Positions 11,958 through 23,070 of a stretch of DNA of 64,000 nucleotides are shown here, piece by piece (within the stretch, counting starts at the first letter, position 1; each line of letters begins with the position of its first letter). The stretch is taken from assembly GCF_002105155.1 (NCBI RefSeq), contig NW_019028981.1, positions 186,001-250,000 of the forward strand. Direction: 5' to 3'. Both the position numbers and the translations under genes were made by a program. Origin of the DNA: Lobosporangium transversale (taxonomy: Eukaryota). The notes under the pieces were generated by a model. The model saw only the letters and a program-made list of their open reading frames with translations, made no database searches and was not told the DNA's origin.

Positions 11958-14196
11958 TTATTTTTTGCGATAGCGTTTTCGGTTGTCAATAAGACGCTCC
12001 TCCTCAGACTCGCTATCCTCTATCACAAACATGCTTCCAGTATCTGGTGTAAGATCTACTATGTCAGAACTCAGGATAACAGCCTCTGCCCGTTCTTGAT
12101 TTACTATTCTATCGAGCTCTGTATCCCACTCACCGCTGGCGACATTGATAAAGTCACTAAGGTCCTCAACAGTCTCCTCTTCATCAAAGACCTCTTGATA
12201 AACCTCATTGTCTAACATTTCTTCTTGCACTCGGCTCCTCTCGTTGTAGTACCTCATACCAATTTTCACGGACTTCTTCCATACTCTACACGGAATCTGG
12301 GCAAACAAGCTGAGTAGTCTTTTCTTCAGCAAAAGTGATGTCACTGTCATTCTTGCTCTCGAAGCAATTATATTTTTTACGACGGCCCAGATCTTCTCAA
12401 TAGGTTGAAGCTCGCAATGGTAGGGTGGAGTTTTGAGAATTTCGTGACCGCCGTTCTCCTGGGCTATCCTGCTGATACGACTCATCAGGAACGGCGTAAA
12501 CCAACTCCATAAGCTCGTCTTTCCTCAGCGCTTTTCCATTTTCTCTTGTTGGAATTACAATGTCCTTATCCGCGAGCCACTCTCTAATAGTTTTTACAGT
12601 GTCGCTCTTGGTTGGCTTCTTGTTTTTCTTATGAAAATGGTACGAAGCGCCGTCAAGGTGGATTTGGCAAGGTCCAAGCCCCATCTCGTTGAGATTCTTA
12701 CAAAGTCGCTCAAAGATACTGTCAAATAGAGTGGCGTTGAAGTTCCCGTGATAGTCATGATCTGTTGCTATAACGCCTGCTTGCTTGATTTCTTCCGGCA
12801 CATCAACCCATAGCTCAGCCTCCTGTTCTTGAGCTTTCTTTGATTGAGTTTTTGCTCCTTTAGATGGCCAGACATACACGCTGTCCTTGACGAATTTGCC
12901 CTCAACTTTTTTCTTGGCCTCACGTAGTAAACAACGAACGCCACAAATGTTACCATTATTGGTTTCCTTCCTGATTCATTAACGGCGCCGCTACCACTTT
13001 GAACCCAACGTCTTGCTGCAGCATGATCAATGTGGCAGTAAGACCCGTCTAAGAAGACCTCTGGCATTATTGGCACCCAGTTGCCGTCTACAAACCTCAG
13101 ATTCTTGAGGCGGCGCTTGAGATAGGTTATTCGGAACGCGACATTTTCCTTGGAATCGTGCAAGAAGTTCTGTCGGATCCCTTTTCCCCAATAAAATCCC
13201 ATTTTGCGCGAAGGTCACGAGTGATTGACCTTGCTGATCTGTCGATCCCATAATCGTCCCTCAGTTGGTTTGCAATTAAAGCTGCCGAGTTAGAATCACC
13301 GCTCTTGTTTGATTCAACTATGACATTCATCAGTTTCGAGCTTAGATCTTGATCAGCTTCTTTTTTGGGGCGTCCTGTTCTCCCAGATCCTGAGGTCTCG
13401 AGGTTGCCTGTGGTTGCAAATTTGATTGCTGTCACGCAAGTATTCTTCCCCACGCCCAAAAGGTTCGATAGGTCCTTCGCTTTATCACCTGTCTTCATAA
13501 ACCACTCTTGAACTGCAGGTGGCGCCTTGCATATAGCATTATATGTACGGGCAATCATAATGTATTCGTTGCGGGTAATAGTCGCTTTATTGCGTCTAAA
13601 TGCATCAACACACTTTCTTTCCTCATCAGTCCGTTCGTTTAAGAATGGATTTAAATCCAGGGTATTAGAAGGTTTCTCGAATTGCTGATTTGAGGAAGAA
13701 GCCTTTGGCCCATTCCTAGGAGGGATGATCCATTGATACTCTGCGGGGGAGCTAGTGGGGGTGAGATCGGTTTCAGTGGGTGACTGTGGTGATCTTCGAG
13801 ATGGAGTGGAGGGTGTGCCTGAAAACATCTGATCGATAGGTCCTTCGCTATACCAACCACTCGGGCCATTATATGAGGGCAAGCGGCTGTTAATATCGAA
13901 ATTGAAGAAAGACATTTTGCTATATACTTGGAGGAGGAAAATGAAGCTGCGAATGTGAATGAGGCTAATAAATGATCAAGAATGCAGAATGATCTGAATG
14001 ATCTGAATGTCGTTTGCTTAAATTTCCTATTGAAAACCATAATTAAATTGATTTGGTGGCTACTGCATCTAATTCATTCTATCTATTCAAAAATATATGA
14101 AATTCTGATCTCGCACGTGAAATTTTCGCTTTCCGACCTTTAATTCAATTGAGTATTTTAAAAATATATTTGTTTATGACTTTTTGGCAAGGACTC
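11958..14196 (-). mobile_element. Degenerate long-spacer ITm (Sailor/DD82E-like) transposon; frameshifted transposase 13915-11958; only the 5' TIR is retained
   Basis: Four overlapping ORF fragments are collinear with the 14491-16452 transposase. TIR at 14161-14196 followed by TA at 14197-98. Homology stops just past the stop codon. Confidence 0.9.
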
Positions 14197-14216
14197 TAGC
14201 ATGCTGGATAAACGTA

Positions 14217-16558
14217 GAGTCCTCGCCAAAAAGTCATAAACTGGATATATTTTACAATACTCAATTTGAATTAAAAATTTGAAAAATAAAAATTTACGTA
14301 CGAAGACAAAAATGCATATATTTTTTGAATAGAAGGAATGAATTAGATGCATGGCCACCAAACCAATTCAATCTTCGTTTTTAATTAGAAATATTAGAAT
14401 TTGCGAGAAATGGGCAACATCATTCTCAATCTCATTCTCGATCTCATCCTCATTGTCAACCTACTTTATTCGCAATCTTCAGATAGTAAAATGTCTTTCC
14501 CTTTTGATATCAATAACCTACTCTCATACAACGATCTTGGTGGTTGGTATAGCGAAGGAAATATCGACCAAATGATTTCAGGCACACCCTTCACTCCGCC
14601 TCGAAGATCGCCACAACTGCCCACTGAAGCCGATCTCTCCCCTATTAGGTCTCCTACCGAATATCAATGGATTACTCCTCCCAGAAACGAGCCAAGGAGT
14701 TCTACCTCATTAGAGCAATTCGGTGAGCGTCCCAATACCCTCGATTTAAATCCATTCTTGTCAGACAAACAAACTGGAGAGAGAAAAAAGGCATTTACAC
14801 GCAGTAAAGCGTCCGTTACTAAAGACGAATACGCGATAATAGCTCATACATATAATGCTATAATGAATGCGCCACCAGCAGTCCAAGACTGGTTTAAGAA
14901 GACAGACAACAGAGCAATGGACCTTTCGATTCTGATGGGTGTAGGGAGAAACACTTGTGTGGCAGCAATTAAATATGCACAAACAGGCATCGTCGAAATG
15001 ACAGGGCGAGGAAGAACTGGACGCCCTAAAAAAGAAGCGGACAAGGATTTAAACTCGAAGGTGCTGAATATCATAGTTGAATCAAACAAGAGCGGGACTC
15101 CTAATTCTGCGGGTTTAATTGCAAACCAACTGAAAGAAGACTTTGAAATCGACAGATCAGCAAGATCAATCACTCGCGACCTCCGTAAAATGGGACTGTA
15201 TTGGGGTAAAGGGATCCGACAGAACTTTTTGCACGACTCCAAGGAGAATATTGCCTTCCGAGCTACTTACCTGAAGCGCCGTCTTAAGAATTTAAAACTA
15301 GTAGACGGCAGTTGGGTGCCTAGGACTCCAGAGGTCTTCTTGGACGAGTCTTACTGCCACATTGACCATGCTGCAGCAAGACGTTGGGTGCAAAGTGGCG
15401 GTGGTGTCATTAACGATGCAGGAAGGAAACCAATCATGGTTATATTTGCAGCCTTCATTGTATATTATGATGAAGCTGCTAAAAAGGTTGAAGGCAAATT
15501 CGTTAATGATAGCGTGTATGTTTGGCCATCAAAGGGACCAAAGCCTCAATCAAAAAAAGGCCAAGAGCAGGAGGCTGAACTGTGGGATGACGTACCTGAG
15601 GAGATCAGGAATGCAGGGGTCGTGGCAACAGATCACGATTATCATGGAAACTTCAACGCTAGTTTGTTCGATAGTATCTTTAAGCGACTTTGTGAGAATC
15701 TCAATAAGATGGGACTTGGCCCTTGTAAAATCCATCTTGATGGCGCTTCATATCACTTTCACAAGAAAAACAGGAAACCAACCAAGAGCGACACTGTGAA
15801 AACTATCAAAGAGTGGCTCACGGGCAAGGAGATTGTTATTCCAACAAGGGAAAATGGAAAAGCACTGAACAAAAACGAGCTTATGGAATTGGTTAACGCT
15901 CTTCCTGATGAGTCGTATTTCTCTATCAGTAAAATAGCCCAGGAGAATGGTGGACATGAAATCCTCAAGACTCCACCCTACCATTGCGAGCTACAACCTA
16001 TTGAGAAGATCTGGGCAGTTGTGAAAAACATAATTGCCTCGAGAGCAATGGTGACAATGACATCCATCTTGCTGAAAAAAAGGCTACTAAGCTTGTTTTC
16101 CCAGATTCCGTGTAAAGTCTTTTACTCTGTATGGAAGAAGTCTGTGAAAATTGGCATGAGATACTATAACGAGAGGAGTCATGCACAGGAAGAAATAGTC
16201 GAAGAGGTTTATCAAGAGGTTTTTGATGAAAACGAGCCTATTGTGGACCTTAGTGACACTTTCAAAGTCGACAATAGTGAGTGGGATGCAGAACTCATTA
16301 GAGTACTAAATCAAGAGCGAGCTGAAGCTGTTACCCTAGGCCCTGAGATAGTGGATCTTACGCTAGATGCTGGAAGCATGTTTAATGTGATAGAGGATAG
16401 CGAGTCTGAGGACGAGCCTCTTATCAATCGAAAACGCTCTCGTAAAAATTAAAATATTGAGTTTGTACGTATTTTTCCTGCGTCTAAAAGTGGAAGTATT
16501 CTATTCAATTTAAAAGCCTGAAAAATATATCCAGTTTATGACTTTTTGGCGAGGACTC
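14217..16558 (+). mobile_element. Full-length long-spacer ITm (Sailor/DD82E-like) transposon (2342 bp)
   Basis: Perfect 37-bp TIRs (14217-14253 GAGTCCTCGCCAAAAAGTCATAAACTGGATATATTTT; 16522-16558). TA duplications at 14215-16 and 16559-60. Confidence 0.95.
14491..16452 (+). CDS. IS630/Tc1/mariner-type transposase, DD87E, 653 aa, uninterrupted
   Basis: Two HTH-like blocks with a GRTGRPKK linker; VFLDESY, IHLDGASYH and TPPYHCELQPIE. ATG 14491 corresponds to the start of the paralogous copy (MSFFNFDIN). Confidence 0.9.
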   Translation: MSFPFDINNLLSYNDLGGWYSEGNIDQMISGTPFTPPRRSPQLPTEADLSPIRSPTEYQWITPPRNEPRSSTSLEQFGERPNTLDLNPFLSDKQTGERKKAFTRSKASVTKDEYAIIAHTYNAIMNAPPAVQDWFKKTDNRAMDLSILMGVGRNTCVAAIKYAQTGIVEMTGRGRTGRPKKEADKDLNSKVLNIIVESNKSGTPNSAGLIANQLKEDFEIDRSARSITRDLRKMGLYWGKGIRQNFLHDSKENIAFRATYLKRRLKNLKLVDGSWVPRTPEVFLDESYCHIDHAAARRWVQSGGGVINDAGRKPIMVIFAAFIVYYDEAAKKVEGKFVNDSVYVWPSKGPKPQSKKGQEQEAELWDDVPEEIRNAGVVATDHDYHGNFNASLFDSIFKRLCENLNKMGLGPCKIHLDGASYHFHKKNRKPTKSDTVKTIKEWLTGKEIVIPTRENGKALNKNELMELVNALPDESYFSISKIAQENGGHEILKTPPYHCELQPIEKIWAVVKNIIASRAMVTMTSILLKKRLLSLFSQIPCKVFYSVWKKSVKIGMRYYNERSHAQEEIVEEVYQEVFDENEPIVDLSDTFKVDNSEWDAELIRVLNQERAEAVTLGPEIVDLTLDAGSMFNVIEDSESEDEPLINRKRSRKN

Positions 16559-16914
16559 TACTAATACCTCAGGAGGATACTGTGCCCCAGGAAGAAAGGC
16601 GAGAAAGCAAACCACTTTGTGTTCTGTGTATAACTGAATGTGGTATGAATACTCTATTTGACATCAAGCAAACTTTTTAATACTCAATGTTCTTTTCAAT
16701 TCTATTCAGTGCTACTTCACCCTGGTTTATTCAACATCCTCTTTGAATATACATTATTAAAAAATAACAATAAATAAATTAAAAGCGCATATAAAAAGGA
16801 TCAACGTCCCTGTTTATTTCTCACTCTATCCTCACTCATTCTTCATTTCTCTTCAAGAAGTTTCAGCAGTGCCCAACGCCAGTAGTAATCCAAAAGCCTC
16901 TATCTAGTTCAATC

Positions 16915-17460
16915 ATGAAGTTCTTTAGTGTTGCTGCCACCCTCTTCATTGCTGCTGTAGCCAATGCCCAGGTCCCTACCTTTAAGAATTGTGCCACGGG
17001 CGCCACCGACTTGACGATTAATAGCTTCAGTCTCTCTCCTTATCCTCTCTGCGTCGGCAAGGACGTTTGCGCCACCCTGTGACCCAAGGCGCCAAGCTCA
17101 ACGTCGTTGGCAAGTTCTTGAACCGTATTGTTTACACGGACGCCCACGATCTCTGTACGCTCTTGGCCGCCCAGGGACATCCTTGTCCTGTCCCTGTCAC
17201 CCTGACCTCCATCACTGCCTGCATTAAGGTCAAGGACTCTGCCCCTGCTGGCGTAAGTCCCTTTTTATTATTATTATTAATATTATTATTAATATTATTA
17301 TTATCTCCATTTTGGAAAGTTGTGCAGGTCACAAAACCTTATATTGGATATTAAATATTGTTATGAATAGATCACTGTTGCTCTTCAAGTCTCCGCCACC
17401 AATGGCAATGGTCACGTCCTCTTTTGCCAGGCTGCCAACGCTATTGCGCAGAAATGCTAA
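16915..17460 (+). pseudogene. Secreted ML-domain (MD-2/NPC2-like lipid-binding) protein with a frameshift near 17076; intron 17253-17370
   Basis: Signal peptide MKFFSVAATLFIAAVANA, then FKNC..SLSPYPLCVGKDVCAT followed by TGA at 17080. The protein continues in another frame as PVTQGAKLNVVG..DLC..CPVP. Exon 2 reads ATNGNGHVLFCQ..KC*. Confidence 0.75.
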
Positions 17461-18156
17461 GTCAGACGTCATAGGTTGTGCCATATTTTCGCCCCTATCG
17501 CACCAGTTGTAAATAAATTAAAATAAACAAAAAGAAAGACCGACATACTGTTAGACGTAAGTGGAGGCATTACTTTGTTAGTTTGCAGTGAATTGCAAAG
17601 CATACCAGCCTAATTGGTAGATAACCAACCTAAACTGCCAATAGGCTCGTCGATGCCAATATATGCTGTGTATAATAGTGCAAAAAAAATACCTCTGATT
17701 TGAACAGGATTATATAGTCTCTGACCTAACCATGATATTTATACTAATGGCTGCCTTAATTAAATGCACTCTACCATGCATATGCTGTGTATTGTTGTTA
17801 TTAATATTGTTTGAAGCATAGTATCGCATTATATTACCCCTCCACAGGGTCCACAGGCATTTCATGGAGTGGCGGAGGCTTATGTAATACTACCAGCTAT
17901 TCCAGCATAAATCCCAAGTATTGCTGAGTATATATTGGCTTGCAGCGCAGTGGTGTTCTTGCCCATGGGGATAATAAATACCTTCTTGACAATAGAGCGG
18001 CCAGTTCTCAAAACCATGGGCTCAGTAGTACTAGCACATTTAACAGTGCGCGTAATAGTAACTAGTAACTAGAACCTAAAGCCTTGAGACGACCAGTACT
18101 TGCAAGGCGGCATCATCAGCCTATGCAGCTAACAATATCCTAAAATGGTCATTTGA

Positions 18157-18162
18157 ACGCGT
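18157..18162. promoter_or_regulatory. MCB-like element (ACGCGT) about 120 bp upstream of thymidylate synthase
   Basis: Exact ACGCGT. MCB control of fungal thymidylate synthase is established in yeasts, but this is a single hexamer. Confidence 0.35.
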
Positions 18163-18278
18163 CAATTGTGACTGCGCCAATTTAACTTATTCTGGTAAAA
18201 GCAAACATCGATATGTAGCGTCCCTTTTTTTTAAAATTCATACTAGACACCATTCCTCTTACCACACACAACTCATTC

Positions 18279-19371
18279 ATGGTCAATTCTACATTCAATT
18301 CTTCCTTACATCCTTGGAGAACAATCGGACAGCATGAGGAATACCAATACCTCAACATGATCCGCCATGTGATGGAGCATGGTGAATTCAGAGCAGACCG
18401 AACCGGCACTGGCACACGTTCCATTTTTGCGCCTCCTTCTATGCGGTTTTCGCTTGAGAATGATATCTTTCCATTGTTGACGACCAAGCGAGTTTTCTTT
18501 CGCGCAGTTGTCGAGGAGTTGTTGTGGTTTGTGAAAGGTGATACCAACGGTCTTCATTTGTCAGAAAAGGGGATCAAGATCTGGGATGGCAATGGATCCA
18601 GAGAGTTTTTAGACAAAATTGGGCTGACAGAGCGTAAGGTCGGTGACCTGGGTCCTGTCTATGGGTTCCAGTGGAGACATTTCGGAGCCGAATACAGAGA
18701 TTGTGATACGGATTATACAGGTCAAGGAGTTGACCAATTAGCAGAGGTCATTTGGAAGATCAAGAACACGCCTACGGATCGTCGCATTATCATGAGTGCA
18801 TGGAATCCTGCCGGTAAGAAAGAAAAAGAAAAAAAGAAGAGAAAAATTCGTCAATCATTACATTAGGAATCAAACTCTGATAATTCCATCGTTCAATCTA
18901 TCTGAAATAGATCTCAAGAAAATGGCGCTGCCCCCTTGTCACATGTTCTGCCAATTTTATATCTCCACACCCACTGAAATACAGCCTCGGCCCAAACTCT
19001 CCTGCCAGCTTTACCAGCGCTCTTGTGATATGGGATTGGGCGTACCCTTCAACATCGCTTCATATGCACTCTTGACGAAAATGATCGCCTATGTTTGTGA
19101 TCTCGACTGTGGCGAATTCATTCATACCATGGGCGATACACATATTTACTTGGATCATACAGAAGCTCTCAAAGTTCAGCTCAAGCGTGAACCTAGGCCA
19201 TTCCCAAAGCTTTTCATTCGTCCTTTCCAAGATCAGGATCAGAATCAGAGCGATAAAGAGACTAAAAAAGAACCAAGAGTGATCACGACCATTGACGACT
19301 TTAGGCTAGAAGACTTTGTCTTGGAAGGCTATGATCCTCACAAGAAGATTGACATGGTTATGTCTGTATGA
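18279..19371 (+). CDS. CDC21: Thymidylate synthase; intron 18814-18910
   Basis: [37 protein letters not shown] and [18 protein letters not shown]. Confidence 0.97.
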
Positions 19372-19477
19372 CAAAAATAAATGCATGCACGTGACACGAG
19401 GCATAGAATTTGTTGGAGCTAAATTTCTTGCTTTCTGTTCTTTGACATCTCATTCATTCTTTATGTGAGCAACATTC

Positions 19478-21033
19478 ATGGTAAAGAAGAATCCTCTGGA
19501 CTGTTGAAAGCTCTTTGTTGCGCCAAAATGGCCCAAAAGCCTTGAGGAACATGAAGTATCCGTTACTGTAAGACGATTTTTAGGGATTGCATAGTTACTC
19601 TGTTACTCTGTATTGTACCTTGTTCCGTTAGGCGCGTATAAATCCGATTGTATTCATTCCACCAGTGGTGCTTTTGCTGGCCATTACTGGAATCCTCATC
19701 TACCGTTATCTCGACAACATTCAAGATACATATCATAGGGCTCTCTATCGATTGCGAGGCGATCAATATCTTGACGGTGCCGAAGGAGAGGAATTTCTAC
19801 ACGAGGAAGACTATGAGGTTGATGATGATAGCAACGCGGAAGAAGATAATCAATCTCAGGCGGAACCTCAGGGATCAACAACATCAGCTAGATTAAGGAT
19901 GCACCATGAAATGGTGCAGCAGATGCGGGCTCGTGCAGGGTTCGCTCCTGAGCCATTTCCTGGAGATGAGCAACAAGGAGGGACAGGGAGAGCTGAGGAA
20001 GAAGATGCCGACGATGATGGAGAAGAAGGAGTTGAGGATGAGGGCGGTGCTGGGCCCTCGACTGGCGCTGTGGCAGGGGGACGAATGAAGAAGATTGGAA
20101 AGAAAAAGGCCGAGAAATTGCAGCGCAAGGAGCAAATGCGTGCCTATCGCGAGGTAGTACATCCAACGGGGAATTTTTCTTATGATTTGCTTTTTCAAAA
20201 ACTGAACAATTTTTATTATTATTTACGGGATTTTTTATGCGATTAGTTTATGGACATGCAACGTGAGGAACGTCGTCAACAGGAAGAGATGTTTAAAATA
20301 CAAGAAGAAATGATGCAAGAAGAACGACGACGAAAGCGCCGTGAGCAGGTCGAGAAAGATAGGAGGCGGAAAGAACAGCTCAAGGAAAAAGAAGCCAAGG
20401 AAAGAGACTTGAGAATGAAACGCTTAAAATCAGAAAAGATTAAGGATGAGAAAGTTCGGCGGGAACTTCGAGCATATATACAGGTGATGAGGATTTATGA
20501 ATATAACGGATTTTTTTATCATTGAAATCTACCAACTCATTTGTTTTATTGTTATCTATCTGCTTTCCTTGTAGCGAGTCAAATCGTTTCGGCTGTCGAC
20601 GCTCGCAAAGCGGCTAGGCAGGACCGAGGCTCAGTTGCTCAAGGATTTAGCGGTAGTAGCTCAGGAAGATGAGCTGAGGGCTGTTAGTTATAATAGTAGT
20701 AGCAGCAGCAGTAGCGCAGCAGACGGGACCTCAGGGCCTCAAATCATCCTGGCACCTAATTTAACAACATCAATTTCGCTGGCGAATACTGGCATAAGCA
20801 TAAGTCCAAGCACATCGCCAATGCTAGCACAGGCTTCTACAAGCACATTTCTTCCAAAACTAAAGCGGCTATTAATTGTGTATGATGGCGAATCAGAGCA
20901 ATATGTCGTTCTTAATGAGAGTCAGCTGAATGCCTTTGCAGAAGTAGTACGGCAAAAGGGTCGTGTTGATCAACAAGAGCTGCACAAAATGAGCGAGGAT
21001 ATTCTTGCCGTTGCCACCAATAAATCAATGTGA
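19478..21033 (+). CDS. Divergent DDRGK1/UFBP1-like ER membrane protein; exons about 19478-80, 19632-20153, 20247-20483, 20575-21033
   Basis: N-terminal TM (IVFIPPVVLLLAITGILIY), acidic linker, KKIGKKKAEKLQRKEQ, long E/K/R helix, and a winged-helix end LNESQLNAFAEVVRQKGRVDQQEL similar to the DDRGK1 C-terminus. The 3-nt first exon is tentative. Confidence 0.7.
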
Positions 21034-21254
21034 ATAGTGCGTCAAATCAAATTGCGCCACTTCATACAACGAGGCTGTCACAGATTAATTGTTTTATTTC
21101 TTCTTATTGTGTTATTTTTGCTTCCTGTGCATCTTACTACCACAAGCTTCTGTTGACTGTTTTTTAACCTCTTTCAACTCCTCCTGCCTTAATTGCCATC
21201 CTCCTTAACACTCTATTGAATTGAAGAGTCTACATAAGCATCAGGAATTTAGAA

Positions 21255-22905
21255 ATGCCCATCCCAATAGAAACTTGGTACTATGATGTACCATTGGTGA
21301 CCCGACTCTACGCCACTGGCGCGGCACTTGTTGCCCTTGCTGTGGTAAATGTTGTAACATTTCATCTCTTCAGCAATCAACTTAAAAATAAAAATGCTCG
21401 CCGACCGTTGGGAATCTTGTTTTCTAATGTTTATTTTCTAAATATACAAAATAACAGCAAACAGGATTCACTAATGCTTTTCAACTTTACTTTGACTATG
21501 AGTTGGTTTTTTACAAGCACCAGGTAACAAACTATTTAAGAGTCTATCAAAGTTACTGAATAGTCTTTGGATCTCATTCACTCTGTTGTTATTCCTAGCC
21601 AATCCAATGAACACCATCTCTAATTTATCTATTTCTCTTCTTTGTCATTATTCATTAGTTCTGGAGACCGATCACAACATTCTTGTACTTTGGGCCTCTG
21701 GGCCTTGATTTCGTATTTCATATGTTCTTTTTGTGAGTGAATTTATTCATAATAATGGCTTTCCGACTTTCTTTTGTGGAAGGATATGAGGTCATAAGAA
21801 AAAGATATCGTCCAGTACAAACATAACATTAATTAGTTTTTTATTCATTCAATTGCCTTTTATTAACTTTTAGAGTTCGATACAGCAGGATGCTGGAAGA
21901 AGGATCATTCTATGGACGTACAATGGATTATGCTTGGATGTTATTCCTCTCGGCATTTTCGCTTTTGGTATGATAGGCGCACGCATTCTTTTCTTTCTGA
22001 CATATGTAGCATTGCATGCATCAAGCCTTACGTGACACAATAGTACAGGATTGACATAAGGACATTTACTAATAGTCTACCTTCGGTGTTTTACTGTCCT
22101 TTGGCTTTTCTTTCTTTCTTTCCTTCATGTGCAACTATCTTATCATGGCGCATTCGGAATTCTTTTGTTTTATACGCACGACATTATGGAAAATCGGATC
22201 AAATGTAACACATATTACATATAGTGCCTTTCACCATTTGTAGCCATGCCGTTTTTAGGATCGCCTCTGGCATTCACACTCGTTTACATCTGGTCTCGTC
22301 GCAATCCTTCAATCCCACTCAATTTTTTGGGCTTGTTTGTTTTTACAGCGCCATATCTACCGTGGGTTCTACTCGGATTCACCCTATTGTTGAACAGCCA
22401 CTTCCCAACAGGTGATCTGATGGGCATCGCAGTCGGCCATATATACTATTTCTTTGAGGATGTCTGGCCAAAGGAGCTGGCATCAGGCGGCAGACGTTAT
22501 CTTCAGACGCCATCATTTCTGTAGGTTTAATTAAATTTGATTATTTGTGATTGATACTTACTACTATTAAGAAACGGAGTATTATGTCCAGTAAGTAAGC
22601 TCTTATCACTAATTGAATCATTTGATTTCTATTATTTTCCATTGGATAGCACTCGTCCACGTGGTCGCGCGAATATTTCTGCAGAGATTCCAGGCGAGCA
22701 GCTTGCAGAAGGTGCTGGATCAGGTACTGTAGGAAGGGATACACGTGGCCAGTATAATGAAGAGCATCGATATGCGAGCGAGGAGCCCTCACCACGGCCT
22801 GCAATGTCATCTTCACCTTCAGGAAGCACAACTGCTCTGAATGATAATGACACGGGAGTAGAAGCACGGAGCAGGAGAGTAGGATCGAATCATGGGACGG
22901 ATTGA
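21255..22905 (+). CDS. DER1: Derlin (Der1/Derlin-2-like ERAD membrane protein); about 6 exons
   Basis: QFWRPITTFLYFG, RYSRMLEEGSF, LVYIWSRRNP, APYLPW and GIAVGHIYYFFEDVWP. Confidence 0.9.
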
Positions 22906-23070
22906 TCCATTTCTTATATTTAGAGCGAATGAAAAAAAAAAAAAAAAAAAAAAAAAAAATGCTACAAGTAATAAAATACATAATACATTTAAAGGTATTG
23001 AAGTGCTTAGCTATGATTCATTATACTTGTAAAAAAAATGTATGTCTATGTGGAATAAATATTTTTCTGT

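Noticed and set aside
14401..14490. ORF-track N-terminal extension of the transposase, including a hydrophobic stretch
   Set aside because: Not conserved as coding in the paralog, whose ORF starts at the equivalent of ATG 14491.
10169..16452. Possibility of a Fanzor/TnpB-like RNA-guided nuclease cargo in the transposons
   Set aside because: Each element is filled by a single DDE transposase; no RuvC or Zn-finger ORF and no room for one.
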